Below, piece after piece: positions 48,704 to 56,797 of a stretch of 64,000 nucleotides of DNA. Position 1 is the stretch's first letter; each line of letters opens with the position of its first letter. This DNA is from an uncultured bacterium (GTDB lineage: Bacteria; CAYJRR01). The stretch lies in the NCBI GenBank assembly GCA_964372275.1, contig CAYJRR010000006.1, positions 1-64,000 on the forward strand. The letters are read 5' to 3'. Under the pieces are notes generated by a model. It was not told the DNA's origin and did not search any database. It worked only from the letters and a program-made list of their open reading frames with translations. The position numbers were made by a program, and so were the translations under genes.

Positions 48704-49471
48704 TTACTTCATCATGCAGGGGTCGCCCTCGAAGGTGAGGCAATCCTTCTGGCCCTTCTTGCAGGGGACCGGGTCGTCTCCACCCGTGTAGTAGCAATCG
48801 CTGGTGCAGGGCGAGCCGTCCGGGAGCACGCAGACCTCCTGCGGCGCGTCGGTTATCGCGGGCTCGTTCTCGCCGGAGTGGCATTGGCCGGTGGGGTCCT
48901 TCGTGTCGACGCATCCGCGGTCCCCCATGTCTTCGTTCGCGTAGCGGAGCAGGTTCGCACCCACCTTTCTCCGGATCTGGCCCCGGAGCGGCGGCAGCTT
49001 CATGGCGCGACCGCCGTTCGGGTCCACCTTCCACGCGCCGGCCTCGCGGCGTAGCCAGACGACCACGACGTTGACGAAGCGGTCCCCGTCCCAGCGGATC
49101 ACCTTCTTCGCGGCCGGGAGCTGGTCGGCGGGAAAGTACTCCGCCATCTCGGAGTCGTAGCGCTTCTTCATCGGCGCGGACTGCTTCGGGTCGACGATCC
49201 AGGTTCGCGGGATCACGGCCACGGCGTCGTCCCCCTCCTGGGCGACGGCCACGGGGTCTCCGAACTCCAGCTTCCTGGCGGGCGAGCGCGGCGTGTACAT
49301 CATGCGCTGCATCTCGCCGAGGGCCTTCTCGTCCAACTTCGTCGGCCCGCCGATCAGCTTCGCCGCCTCGGCCACCTTCGCCGACGCCATCAGGTCCACC
49401 CAGTTCTTGGCCACCTCGCCGGGACCCGCGGACGCGGAGAGGAACAGGACACCCAGAAGCGCACTCGTCAT
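48704..49471 (-). CDS. Exported hypothetical protein with 8-Cys C-terminal domain
   Basis: Start ATG 49471 with GGAGG RBS; signal-like N-terminus; Cys-rich tail. Confidence 0.65.
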   Translation of the reverse strand: MTSALLGVLFLSASAGPGEVAKNWVDLMASAKVAEAAKLIGGPTKLDEKALGEMQRMMYTPRSPARKLEFGDPVAVAQEGDDAVAVIPRTWIVDPKQSAPMKKRYDSEMAEYFPADQLPAAKKVIRWDGDRFVNVVVVWLRREAGAWKVDPNGGRAMKLPPLRGQIRRKVGANLLRYANEDMGDRGCVDTKDPTGQCHSGENEPAITDAPQEVCVLPDGSPCTSDCYYTGGDDPVPCKKGQKDCLTFEGDPCMMK

Positions 49472-49524
49472 GGGAACCTCCGGGAGGATTCCATCCCCGG
49501 CGCCGGGGGAACGCAAATCACGGA

Positions 49525-50520
49525 TCACTCCATCGGCGCCCAACACGTGGTGGATGCCGGGTCGGCGCAGCAATCGCGGACGGTCTGCGCCGCGAGGCCG
49601 TAGGTCGTCTCCCAGTCCGCGAGCGAAGGATAGGTCACGGTCAGCACCTCGGCGTCGAAGGCGTCCATCCAGTGCGAACGGGGCCACTCGGAGAAGCGCT
49701 GGCCAGTCGCGGTGATCTTCTCGCCGGTGGCATCGCGGGCCAACTCGCAGGTGAAACGGTCCGAGAGGCGATGGCAGTTGGTGCACATCCCCGCGTCGGG
49801 ATGGACGAGCTTTCTCGCCGGCGACCAGAGCTGCGTGGAGCCGCGCTCGTTCAGTGCCTCTTCCGCGACCGCGCGGTAGGGCGCGAGCGGATGGCGCGGA
49901 ACGATCCCGGCGCTTTCGATGATCGGGTCGTGGATGTAGGGGTCGTTGTCGTGGCAGCGCATGCACGTCGACTGCGCGAGGCCGTCCAGCGTGTACCAAA
50001 ACGGGCGGTCGTCGAAGAACGTCAGGTCTTCCGCGCTGCCCGGACGAGGAATGGACGAACCGTCGAACGTGGTGCCGTCGATCGGCACGGCCCAGAAGCA
50101 GGACGCTCCCGAGACCGGGTCGTGTCCGATCAAGCCCAGGTCGTCGAACAGAACCTGCGTGCGAAACTCATAGGCCCGGCAGATGAAGACGAAGGTCGAG
50201 CCGCGCGAGTTGGTTGTCTGGCCGATGCGTGTGTGCGGCGTGCAGCCACCGATGTAGAAGGGCCGATCGCAGTTCGATCCGTCCTCCAGATCGGAGAGCT
50301 CATCGACGACGGTACGGATCCCGCTTACGGGGTCCGTCACCGTGATCTCGAGCTCGGTCGCCTCTGCGCAGTCGAAGGCCGGCAGCTCGCCCAACGCCTC
50401 CTCGCATGCCGCGGTATAGCTCGCCATGTCCGTGACGACGATCGGCTCTGCCTCCGGCGCGGAGCCGGACGTGGCGGAGCAGCCTGCGAGCACTGCGAAC
50501 CACCACGCGATCCGTTTCAC
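49525..50520 (-). CDS. Diheme c-type cytochrome lipoprotein, Cys-rich
   Basis: Lipobox LAGC; CMRCH and CTNCH; start GTG 50520 preferred over ATG 50544, which lies inside the sigma54 box. Confidence 0.72.
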   Translation of the reverse strand: MKRIAWWFAVLAGCSATSGSAPEAEPIVVTDMASYTAACEEALGELPAFDCAEATELEITVTDPVSGIRTVVDELSDLEDGSNCDRPFYIGGCTPHTRIGQTTNSRGSTFVFICRAYEFRTQVLFDDLGLIGHDPVSGASCFWAVPIDGTTFDGSSIPRPGSAEDLTFFDDRPFWYTLDGLAQSTCMRCHDNDPYIHDPIIESAGIVPRHPLAPYRAVAEEALNERGSTQLWSPARKLVHPDAGMCTNCHRLSDRFTCELARDATGEKITATGQRFSEWPRSHWMDAFDAEVLTVTYPSLADWETTYGLAAQTVRDCCADPASTTCWAPME

Positions 50521-50532
50521 GACCGGTGCTGG

Positions 50533-50548
50533 TGCAAGCGCCATGCCC
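50533..50548 (-). promoter_or_regulatory. Sigma54 promoter of the diheme lipoprotein
   Basis: GGGCAT-GGCGC-TTGCA (GG-N10-GC), 13 nt before GTG. Confidence 0.6.
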
Positions 50549-50662
50549 TTCGCGATTCGAGGGAGATCACGGGCGAATGCGCCTGGGGCCGCGACAGCGT
50601 GTCGCGTGATGGATGAAATCGATGCTACCGCAACGGAAGTCCCGCGATGACGCGGCGCTTCG

Positions 50663-51100
50663 CTAGATCCGCGCGAGGACGTCCTGCGGATAGCTCTTGG
50701 CGTCGACCTTGGCGAGCCACTCGCGGATCTTGCCGTCGGCGCCGATCACCACCCCCGCCCGCCGCGCCGTCGCCTGCGTGGCGTCGTCGGCGGCGCCGTA
50801 GGCCACACCCATCGCCTTGGTCGTGTCGCATAGGAGCGGGAAGTTGAAGCCGTACTTCTCGGCAAACGCCTTGTTCGCGGCAGGGGCGTCGAAGCTGACG
50901 CCAAGGATGACGGCGTTCTTCTTCTCGAACTGGCTCTTTAGGTCGCGGAACCCGCAACCCTCGAGCGTTCACCCCGGGGTGTCGGCGACCGGGAAGAACC
51001 ACAAGACGGCGGTCTTCCCCTTCACCTTCGCCAGCGACCACTCGTTCCCGAGATGGTCCGCGACCTTGAACTCCGGTGCCGCGTCGCCTGCCTTCAACAT
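50663..51100 (-). CDS. bcp: Selenocysteine-containing peroxiredoxin (BCP/PrxQ type), UGA at codon 44
   Basis: FFPVADTPG-TGA-TLEGCGFRD is the PxxxTxxC motif with UGA at the peroxidatic Cys; frame continues ILGVSFD...FPLLCD to TAG 50663. Confidence 0.88.
50933..50968 (-). promoter_or_regulatory. Bacterial SECIS-like stem-loop
   Basis: Directly 3' of UGA: GCUC/GAGC lower stem and GGUUGCGG-GUU-CCGCGACC upper hairpin with a G-starting loop. Confidence 0.7.
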
Positions 51101-51144
51101 CGTCCCCTCCGTGACGGCCTCTCGCCGCCGGTGTCGAGTCGAAC

Positions 51145-51803
51145 CTAGTTCTTCGGAACCTTCTTCCACGCGTCGAGGAACTGCTTCACGCCGGCCTCCG
51201 TCAGCGGATGGTTCAGGAGCTGGCGGAAGATGGCGATCGGAACGGCGCAGGCGTCGGCCCCCATCACTGCGGCGTCGAGCACGTGCATCGGGGATGTGAC
51301 CTGGGCCACGACCACCTGCGTCGGGATGTCGTAGTTGTTGAAGATCGTCAGGATCTTCTCGGCGACGTCGCCGCCGCTCTCGCCGGTGGCGTCGATCGTT
51401 CCCATCGCCACCGAGACGTAGTTGGCGCCGGCCTTGGCGGCCAAGAGCGCCTGCACCGGCGAGAAGCACAAGGTGGCGTGGGTCTTCACCCCGTCCTGCG
51501 CCAATCGCCGGATCGCGCGCAGTCCGAACGCGGTGCACGGCACCTTCACCACCACGTTGCGGTGGAGGCGGGCGAGGCTGCGCCCCTCCTCGACCAGCTC
51601 CTCCCAGCCCTGGCTCACCGCCTCGACCGAGACCGGACCGTCGATCAGCGCGGCGACGTCGCGCACGATCTCNNNNNNNNNNCCTCGAAGCCGCGCCCCT
51701 CCTTGGCGATCAGCGCCTGGTCGGTGGTGATCCCGTCGACCAGGCCGGTGACCGTCGCCTCGCGGATGTGGGAGAGGTTGGCGGAGTCGCAGAACAGGCG
51801 CAT
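51145..51803 (-). CDS. Transaldolase/fructose-6-phosphate aldolase family protein with divergent active site (frame broken only by the N gap)
   Basis: MRLFCDSAN...[40 protein letters not shown]. Confidence 0.88.
51673..51682. other. Assembly gap (10 N)
   Basis: Run of n. Confidence 1.
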
Positions 51804-51905
51804 CGCCGGGTCGTTCTACCGCAGGGCCCCGGGGAAGGCCAAGCGCGCCGCCGGGGCCTCGAACCGGCCGGCCGGCTCCGCGCCGGCCCGAGGCGCCGCA
51901 CGGCT

Positions 51906-51933
51906 TTGACAGCATCGGGGGGAGTGTTATGGT
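51906..51933 (+). promoter_or_regulatory. Sigma70-type promoter of infA
   Basis: TTGACA-N16-TATGGT with extended TG. Confidence 0.7.
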
Positions 51934-51971
51934 CCGCCGTCAACGACCGCGGGCGCGGAGGATTCCGGAGA

Positions 51972-52190
51972 GTGCCGAAGGACGACGCAATCGAATTCGA
52001 CGGGAAGGTGAGCGAGGCCCTCTCGAACGGGATGTACCGCGTCGAGCTGGACAACGGCCACAAGGTCATCGCCTACCTCTCCGGAAAGATGCGGAAGTTC
52101 TACATCCGCATCGTCCTCGGCGACCGCGTGCGCGTCGCCGTGTCTCCGTACGATCTCCAGCGCGGTCGCATCGTCTACCGCGAGCGGTAG
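51972..52190 (+). CDS. infA: Translation initiation factor IF-1
   Basis: [13 protein letters not shown]...[17 protein letters not shown]...[16 protein letters not shown] start with GGAG. Confidence 0.97.
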   Translation: MPKDDAIEFDGKVSEALSNGMYRVELDNGHKVIAYLSGKMRKFYIRIVLGDRVRVAVSPYDLQRGRIVYRER

Positions 52191-52193
52191 GCC

Positions 52194-53051
52194 ATGCCGA
52201 ACCTCGCGCTGATCCCCAAGAAGGACGTCTCCAGCTTCCGCAAGATCGCCATCGGGACGTGGGCGAACGCCTACGACCCCTCGGTCTACGGGACGATGGA
52301 GCTCCGCATGGACGAGGCGATGCGCTACCTCGAGGAGTTCCGCGCGCGCACCGGACGGCGGCTGACCGTCTCCCACCTGATGGCCAAGGCGGCGGCGATG
52401 GTGCTCAAAGAGTGCCCGGACGCGAACAGCGTGCTGCGCTGGAACCGCGTCTACCTGCGGAAGCGGATCGGGATCTTCTTCCAGGTGGTGATGACCGACG
52501 AAGGGGAGGGGAAGGTCGACCTCTCCGGGGCGACGCTCTACGACGTCGAGCAGAAGAACCTGGTCGAGATCTGCGACGAGTTCGAGCAGAAGGTGGAGAT
52601 GGTGCGAAAGCGGAAGGACCCGGCGCTGGAGAAGACGCGCGGGACATTCCTCGCCATCCCCTATCTCGCCCTCAACGCCTTCCTCAAGACCCTCTCCTTC
52701 TTCAGCTTCACCCTGAACCTCGACCTGCGATGGGCGGGGATTCCGAGCGACCCGTTCGGCAGCATGATGATCACCAACATCGGAACGCTCGGGCTGGACC
52801 AGGCCTACGTGCCGCTCGTTCCGTATTCGCACGTGCCGATCCTCCTCGCCGTCGGCGCCGTGCGCGAGAAGGTGGTCGTGGACCAGGGGAAGCCGTCGGT
52901 CGCCAAGACGATGTCGGTCAACGCGACCTTCGACCACCGGATCATCGACGGCTTCCACGCCTCGGTGATGTCGAAGGTGCTCAAGAGCTGGATCGAGAAA
53001 CCGTACGAGCACTTCGACCGCCTGGACGGCGCCGTCTCCCGCCCGGCCTAG
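52194..53051 (+). CDS. Stand-alone 2-oxoacid dehydrogenase E2-type acyltransferase catalytic domain
   Basis: ITNIGTLG and FDHRIIDG motifs; no lipoyl or E3-binding domain. Confidence 0.85.
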   Translation: MPNLALIPKKDVSSFRKIAIGTWANAYDPSVYGTMELRMDEAMRYLEEFRARTGRRLTVSHLMAKAAAMVLKECPDANSVLRWNRVYLRKRIGIFFQVVMTDEGEGKVDLSGATLYDVEQKNLVEICDEFEQKVEMVRKRKDPALEKTRGTFLAIPYLALNAFLKTLSFFSFTLNLDLRWAGIPSDPFGSMMITNIGTLGLDQAYVPLVPYSHVPILLAVGAVREKVVVDQGKPSVAKTMSVNATFDHRIIDGFHASVMSKVLKSWIEKPYEHFDRLDGAVSRPA

Positions 53052-53229
53052 CCTGCATTTCTCACCAGGCGCCTACTGCGGCGCGCGATCCCGGGGCTGC
53101 GGCGGGCGGGCTCGTCGCTGCGCTGCTCTGCATACTGCAAGTATGCGTCCGCTGCTCGCTCCTCGCGCGCCCGCCTCGCCTCCGGTCTCGCGCGCCTCGC
53201 GACGGCGCCTGGTGAGAAATGCAGGCTAG
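53048..53229. mobile_element. 182-bp MITE-like element with perfect 26-bp terminal inverted repeats
   Basis: CTAGCCTGCATTTCTCACCAGGCGCC (53048-53073) and its reverse complement (53204-53229); central GCATAC-N5-GTATGC hairpin; no coding capacity. Confidence 0.85.
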
Positions 53230-53265
53230 AAGCCCCGGGGGCTCCTGCGTGCCCCCCGGCGGCGG

Positions 53266-54225
53266 CTACTCGTAGCAGTAGGAGTAGGACTCCTTCGTTC
53301 CGAACGTCAGGTTCGAGCCGGCGTAGAGGATCGTGACGGTGCCGGTCCCCGGCGTCGGCTCGGCCCCCTCGGAGAGGTCCGAGACGACGCCGGTGAAGGT
53401 GCCGCGGCCGTCGGTGGCGTTCGTCAGCTCGAAGTCGTCGTAGTTCGAGTAGATCTGCGGCTCGGTGTCGGTGAAGACGACTCCGCTCCCGGGATCGACG
53501 CCGTCGACCGCGAGCGTGAACTCGCCGCCGGAGGCCATCCCGGCGGCGATCCAGTCGTCGAGCTCCGGGTCGTAGCCGTAGGCGAAGATCCCCCAGTTGG
53601 CGCTCAGGTTGTAGTCGACCGTCCCGGTCGTCCAACTCGAGACCGGAACGTCGAGCACGTACCAGTTCTCCAGACCGGGGGACATGGCGGTGGAGATCCA
53701 CATCACCCGGCAGTAGTCGGGCGTGGAAGGCGGCGGGGGCGGCGGCGGCGGGATGTCCCCGGTGCGATCGAGGTCGAAGAGGAGCTCCGTCTCGCACGGG
53801 ATGGAGATCTCCAGGTCGTACAGCTCGTCGAGCGCCTGCGCGCAGGCCTCCCCCTCCGCGACCTCGAGCGTGTGGAGGCGGCGGGCGTCGACCCGGTCGT
53901 CGCCGGGGATCGTCCCTTCGAACGCGGTGCGGACGGTCAGCACGCAGTCGTATCCGAATCCCGTGAAGTCGGACTGCTGCTCCGTCTCGGCGTCGACGCG
54001 GTTCCGGGTCACCGTCCCCTCGAGTCCCATCAGGGAGATCGCCTCGTCGTCGACGACGACGTCGAACGAGCTGCCTTCGAGCGTGTAGTCGTCGTCGTAG
54101 GAGCGGCAGTCGTCGGCGGTCATGGTGAAGTCGGACACGGCGTAGACGCCGGTGGTGAGGGTCCCGCCGCTCGAACCTCCTCCGCCCCCGCAGCCGGTGA
54201 TCGACAGGAGGACGGCGCCCGCCAA
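53266..54225 (-). CDS. Acidic two-domain lipoprotein with poly-Pro hinge
   Basis: Lipobox ITGC followed by poly-Gly; Cys pairs; PPPPPPPP linker; start uncertain. Confidence 0.7.
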   Translation of the reverse strand: MAGAVLLSITGCGGGGGSSGGTLTTGVYAVSDFTMTADDCRSYDDDYTLEGSSFDVVVDDEAISLMGLEGTVTRNRVDAETEQQSDFTGFGYDCVLTVRTAFEGTIPGDDRVDARRLHTLEVAEGEACAQALDELYDLEISIPCETELLFDLDRTGDIPPPPPPPPSTPDYCRVMWISTAMSPGLENWYVLDVPVSSWTTGTVDYNLSANWGIFAYGYDPELDDWIAAGMASGGEFTLAVDGVDPGSGVVFTDTEPQIYSNYDDFELTNATDGRGTFTGVVSDLSEGAEPTPGTGTVTILYAGSNLTFGTKESYSYCYE

Positions 54226-54343
54226 GCCTCTACCCTGATTTCCTCACCCGCCTCCGGAGGCGGCCCGGGATCCCGGGGACGCCGGTGGACATCCCTTCAT
54301 TCTACCGCCGGCCGCCGGGCCGGAGCGCGCCGATTCGACGCCG

Positions 54344-54370
54344 GGAATTTTCGTGCGGCGCGAGGGGTCT
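54344..54370 (+). promoter_or_regulatory. Putative ECF promoter of the PDZ protein
   Basis: GGAATT-N17-GTCT, same as 40543-40570. Confidence 0.55.
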
Positions 54371-54394
54371 CGTGCGTCACCCAAGGAGGAGCTC

Positions 54395-54952
54395 ATGAGA
54401 TCGATCCTGTTCGTCGCCGCAAGCCTGTCGGGGATCGCCGCGTCCACGCTCGGGAGCGGCGCCGCCGACGCCCATCCGCATGCCGGTGCGGGCGAGATGC
54501 CGCCGTTCGAGCGCGAATTTCGCGTCCTGTTCGACCGCTTCGGACGTGGCGGCCGGCTCGGGGTGCAGGTCCAGTCGATGAGCCCGGAGCTGCGGGACTA
54601 CTTCGGGGCGCCGAACGACGCGGGAGTGCTGGTCAGCTCGGTCGTGGCCGGAAGCCCCGCCGAGAAGGCCGGCTTCAAGGCGGGGGACGTGATTCTCGAC
54701 GTCGACGGCGAGAAGGTCGCCGCCGCCGCCGACCTCCCCCGCGAGCGGGGGGGGCCGGAGGGGGGGGCGGAGGTGATGCTGACCGTCCTTCGCGATCGCA
54801 AGAAGAACTCCCTCACCGCCAAGATCGAGGAGCGCGGCGAGGTCCCGTACCTCCCCGGCACCTGGGGCGGCGACCGCAAGCGGATCGAAGGACTGGAGGA
54901 ACGGATCCGCACCCTCGAGCGCCGCCTCGACCGGCTGGACAAGAAGCGCTAG
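54395..54952 (+). CDS. Periplasmic PDZ-domain protein with C-terminal coiled coil
   Basis: AAGGAGG RBS; signal peptide; RLGVQVQ...[24 protein letters not shown]. Confidence 0.85.
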   Translation: MRSILFVAASLSGIAASTLGSGAADAHPHAGAGEMPPFEREFRVLFDRFGRGGRLGVQVQSMSPELRDYFGAPNDAGVLVSSVVAGSPAEKAGFKAGDVILDVDGEKVAAAADLPRERGGPEGGAEVMLTVLRDRKKNSLTAKIEERGEVPYLPGTWGGDRKRIEGLEERIRTLERRLDRLDKKR

Positions 54953-56424
54953 TCGATCTCGACGAAGACCTGGGTCACCTTGCCCAGGTCGTCGACCGTC
55001 GCTTCGGTGTAAAGGCCGTAGACGCGGCCGGTGAAGACCGTCCCGTGCGCGATCGGGTGCGCGCCGTAGCCGCCGGTGTTCTGGAAGTTCGCGACGTCCG
55101 CTTCGACGGCGGTCTTCACCTGGTTCCAGGTCTTTCCGAACGTCTCCTGCCACGCCGCGCTCTTCACCAGCTCGTCCTGCCAGTAGGCGAGAATCCCGAG
55201 CTTGGCTCGCGCCAGCTTCTGCGCCACCGTCTTCGACGGCACGAAGCTCAAGGCCCCCGCCGGGTAGTCGGTCTTCGCCGCCAGCTGCAGCCCCCGGGCG
55301 TAGCTGACGAAGGCGTCGCGCGCCGCGAACGACGAGGAGTAGGCGCGCCCGACCTCGGACGGCGCGTAGGCGTCGATTCGTTGGCGGATCCCGTGGACGA
55401 TCGCCGTCGCTGTCGACCCGGCGTAGGAGAGATCGCCGGTGACGTCGGTCAGCAGGTGGATCATCGAGAGGCGCCACGCCAGATCGTCGGAGACGATCCC
55501 CTTGGCGTGGGTGGCGAACGACTGCGCGGCCGGCGCGGTCACGACGTAGACGACGGCGTCGGCATAGGCCTCCCCCAGCGTCTTCAACCGGCTCATCGTG
55601 AGCGGGCCGATGCCGCCGGCCGCGGCGACCTGCGCCAGCGACGGCCACACCCGACCGTCGATCAGCAGCGTCGACTGGGGGCTAAAGATCCCGACCGACG
55701 ACAATGCGTCGAGGTTCGCGTCGTTCGCTGCCGCCAGGGCGCGCGCCGCTTCGAGGTGGGTGAAGCCGACGCCGTCGTAGACCTCGAGCGGCGTTCCGTT
55801 CTCCTGCCAGGTGGGAAGGAACGACCGGATCTTCCGCAGCGCCGACGGGCCGACGTAGGCGACCCCCGCCAGCGCGTTCATCGAGCCGATCGGCCGCGCC
55901 GAGACGACGTTCTGCGCCGCTCGCTGGTCGAGTCCGACGTCGTCGTCGAGAAGCGCCTCCGAGGCCGCGTTCGCCAGGTCGAGCGCCAGCGCCACCTGTC
56001 CCGCGGTGAAGGCCACCCCCTCGAAGGTCCCCCCTTGGTAGGCGAGCCATCCCTGCCGCTCGACGTAGTCGACGATCTTCTCCATCCCCGACGGACCGAC
56101 GTAGGGAACGGAATCGACCTCGCCGAGGGTGTCGAACGGGTCGTCGTCGGCGGTGCCGGCCAGGCCGTCGCCGCCATCGCGATGCGCGATCAACCCGTCG
56201 GCGGCCCGGCGGTCGAGCGCGACCTCCACGTCGAGTAACGCTGCATCGGTCGCGCGGTCGTTCAGGAACTCGAGGACGGCGTTCTCCGCCGGTGGGCCGG
56301 GTTCCACGTCCGCCACGTCGTCGTGCGCCGTCGTCGACGCGGGACCTGGCCCGCAGGCGGTGGCGAGGAGGGTGGAAACGACCAGGACGGCGGCGGGCGA
56401 CGGACGGCGAACGAACGACCTCAT
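54949..56424 (-). CDS. Lipoprotein with three ComEA-like helix-hairpin-helix repeats
   Basis: Lipobox-like ATAC; repeats FLN/LAN/AAN...LDxRAA...VPYVGPSG / VAYVGPSA / AGGIGPLT. Confidence 0.7.
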   Translation of the reverse strand: MRSFVRRPSPAAVLVVSTLLATACGPGPASTTAHDDVADVEPGPPAENAVLEFLNDRATDAALLDVEVALDRRAADGLIAHRDGGDGLAGTADDDPFDTLGEVDSVPYVGPSGMEKIVDYVERQGWLAYQGGTFEGVAFTAGQVALALDLANAASEALLDDDVGLDQRAAQNVVSARPIGSMNALAGVAYVGPSALRKIRSFLPTWQENGTPLEVYDGVGFTHLEAARALAAANDANLDALSSVGIFSPQSTLLIDGRVWPSLAQVAAAGGIGPLTMSRLKTLGEAYADAVVYVVTAPAAQSFATHAKGIVSDDLAWRLSMIHLLTDVTGDLSYAGSTATAIVHGIRQRIDAYAPSEVGRAYSSSFAARDAFVSYARGLQLAAKTDYPAGALSFVPSKTVAQKLARAKLGILAYWQDELVKSAAWQETFGKTWNQVKTAVEADVANFQNTGGYGAHPIAHGTVFTGRVYGLYTEATVDDLGKVTQVFVEID

Positions 56425-56471
56425 CGAGCTTTTTTCTCCAGACCGAAGAACGCGTGGATGCCGCGGCGACG

Positions 56472-56487
56472 AGCAGGGAACGTTCCA
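56472..56487 (-). promoter_or_regulatory. Possible sigma54 promoter of the HhH lipoprotein
   Basis: TGGAAC-GTTCC-CTGCT (GG-N10-GC). Confidence 0.5.
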
Positions 56488-56797
56488 ACCGCGCCGAAAC
56501 GCTTCGCCTTCGTTCGAACTCCCCGGATTTCCTCGCTTCCCTCCGAGCCCACCGGCCGGTCGTCGGCCCGATTCCATGTCGTCTCTACACGGGGTGTCTT
56601 CGGATTGGACGACAGGCAGAAAAAACAACACAAAATCATATCTCTGCAAATCCGAGGCGCCGTCTTGAACGGCGACGCTCGCCGCCGTGAGACCGCCGCG
56701 TTTTTTTGTGCGACCCCGGGCCAGCCCGTGCGTCCAGGGGTGAACGGCCGGCCCGGGACGATCCACCCACGGCAACCGGCCCGCGAAAGGGGCCTGC

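Noticed and set aside
50969-50971. Peroxiredoxin as a nonsense pseudogene
   Set aside because: The stop is UGA exactly at the catalytic Cys, with a downstream hairpin and an intact remainder; Sec recoding is more parsimonious
51673-51682. Frameshift in the transaldolase-like gene
   Set aside because: The frame change coincides with a fixed-length 10-N gap, so it is an assembly artefact
56770-56797. GGCAAC...GAAA...GGCC as a c-di-GMP-I riboswitch
   Set aside because: Lacks the downstream GACGCAAAG/P2 elements and runs straight into the start codon
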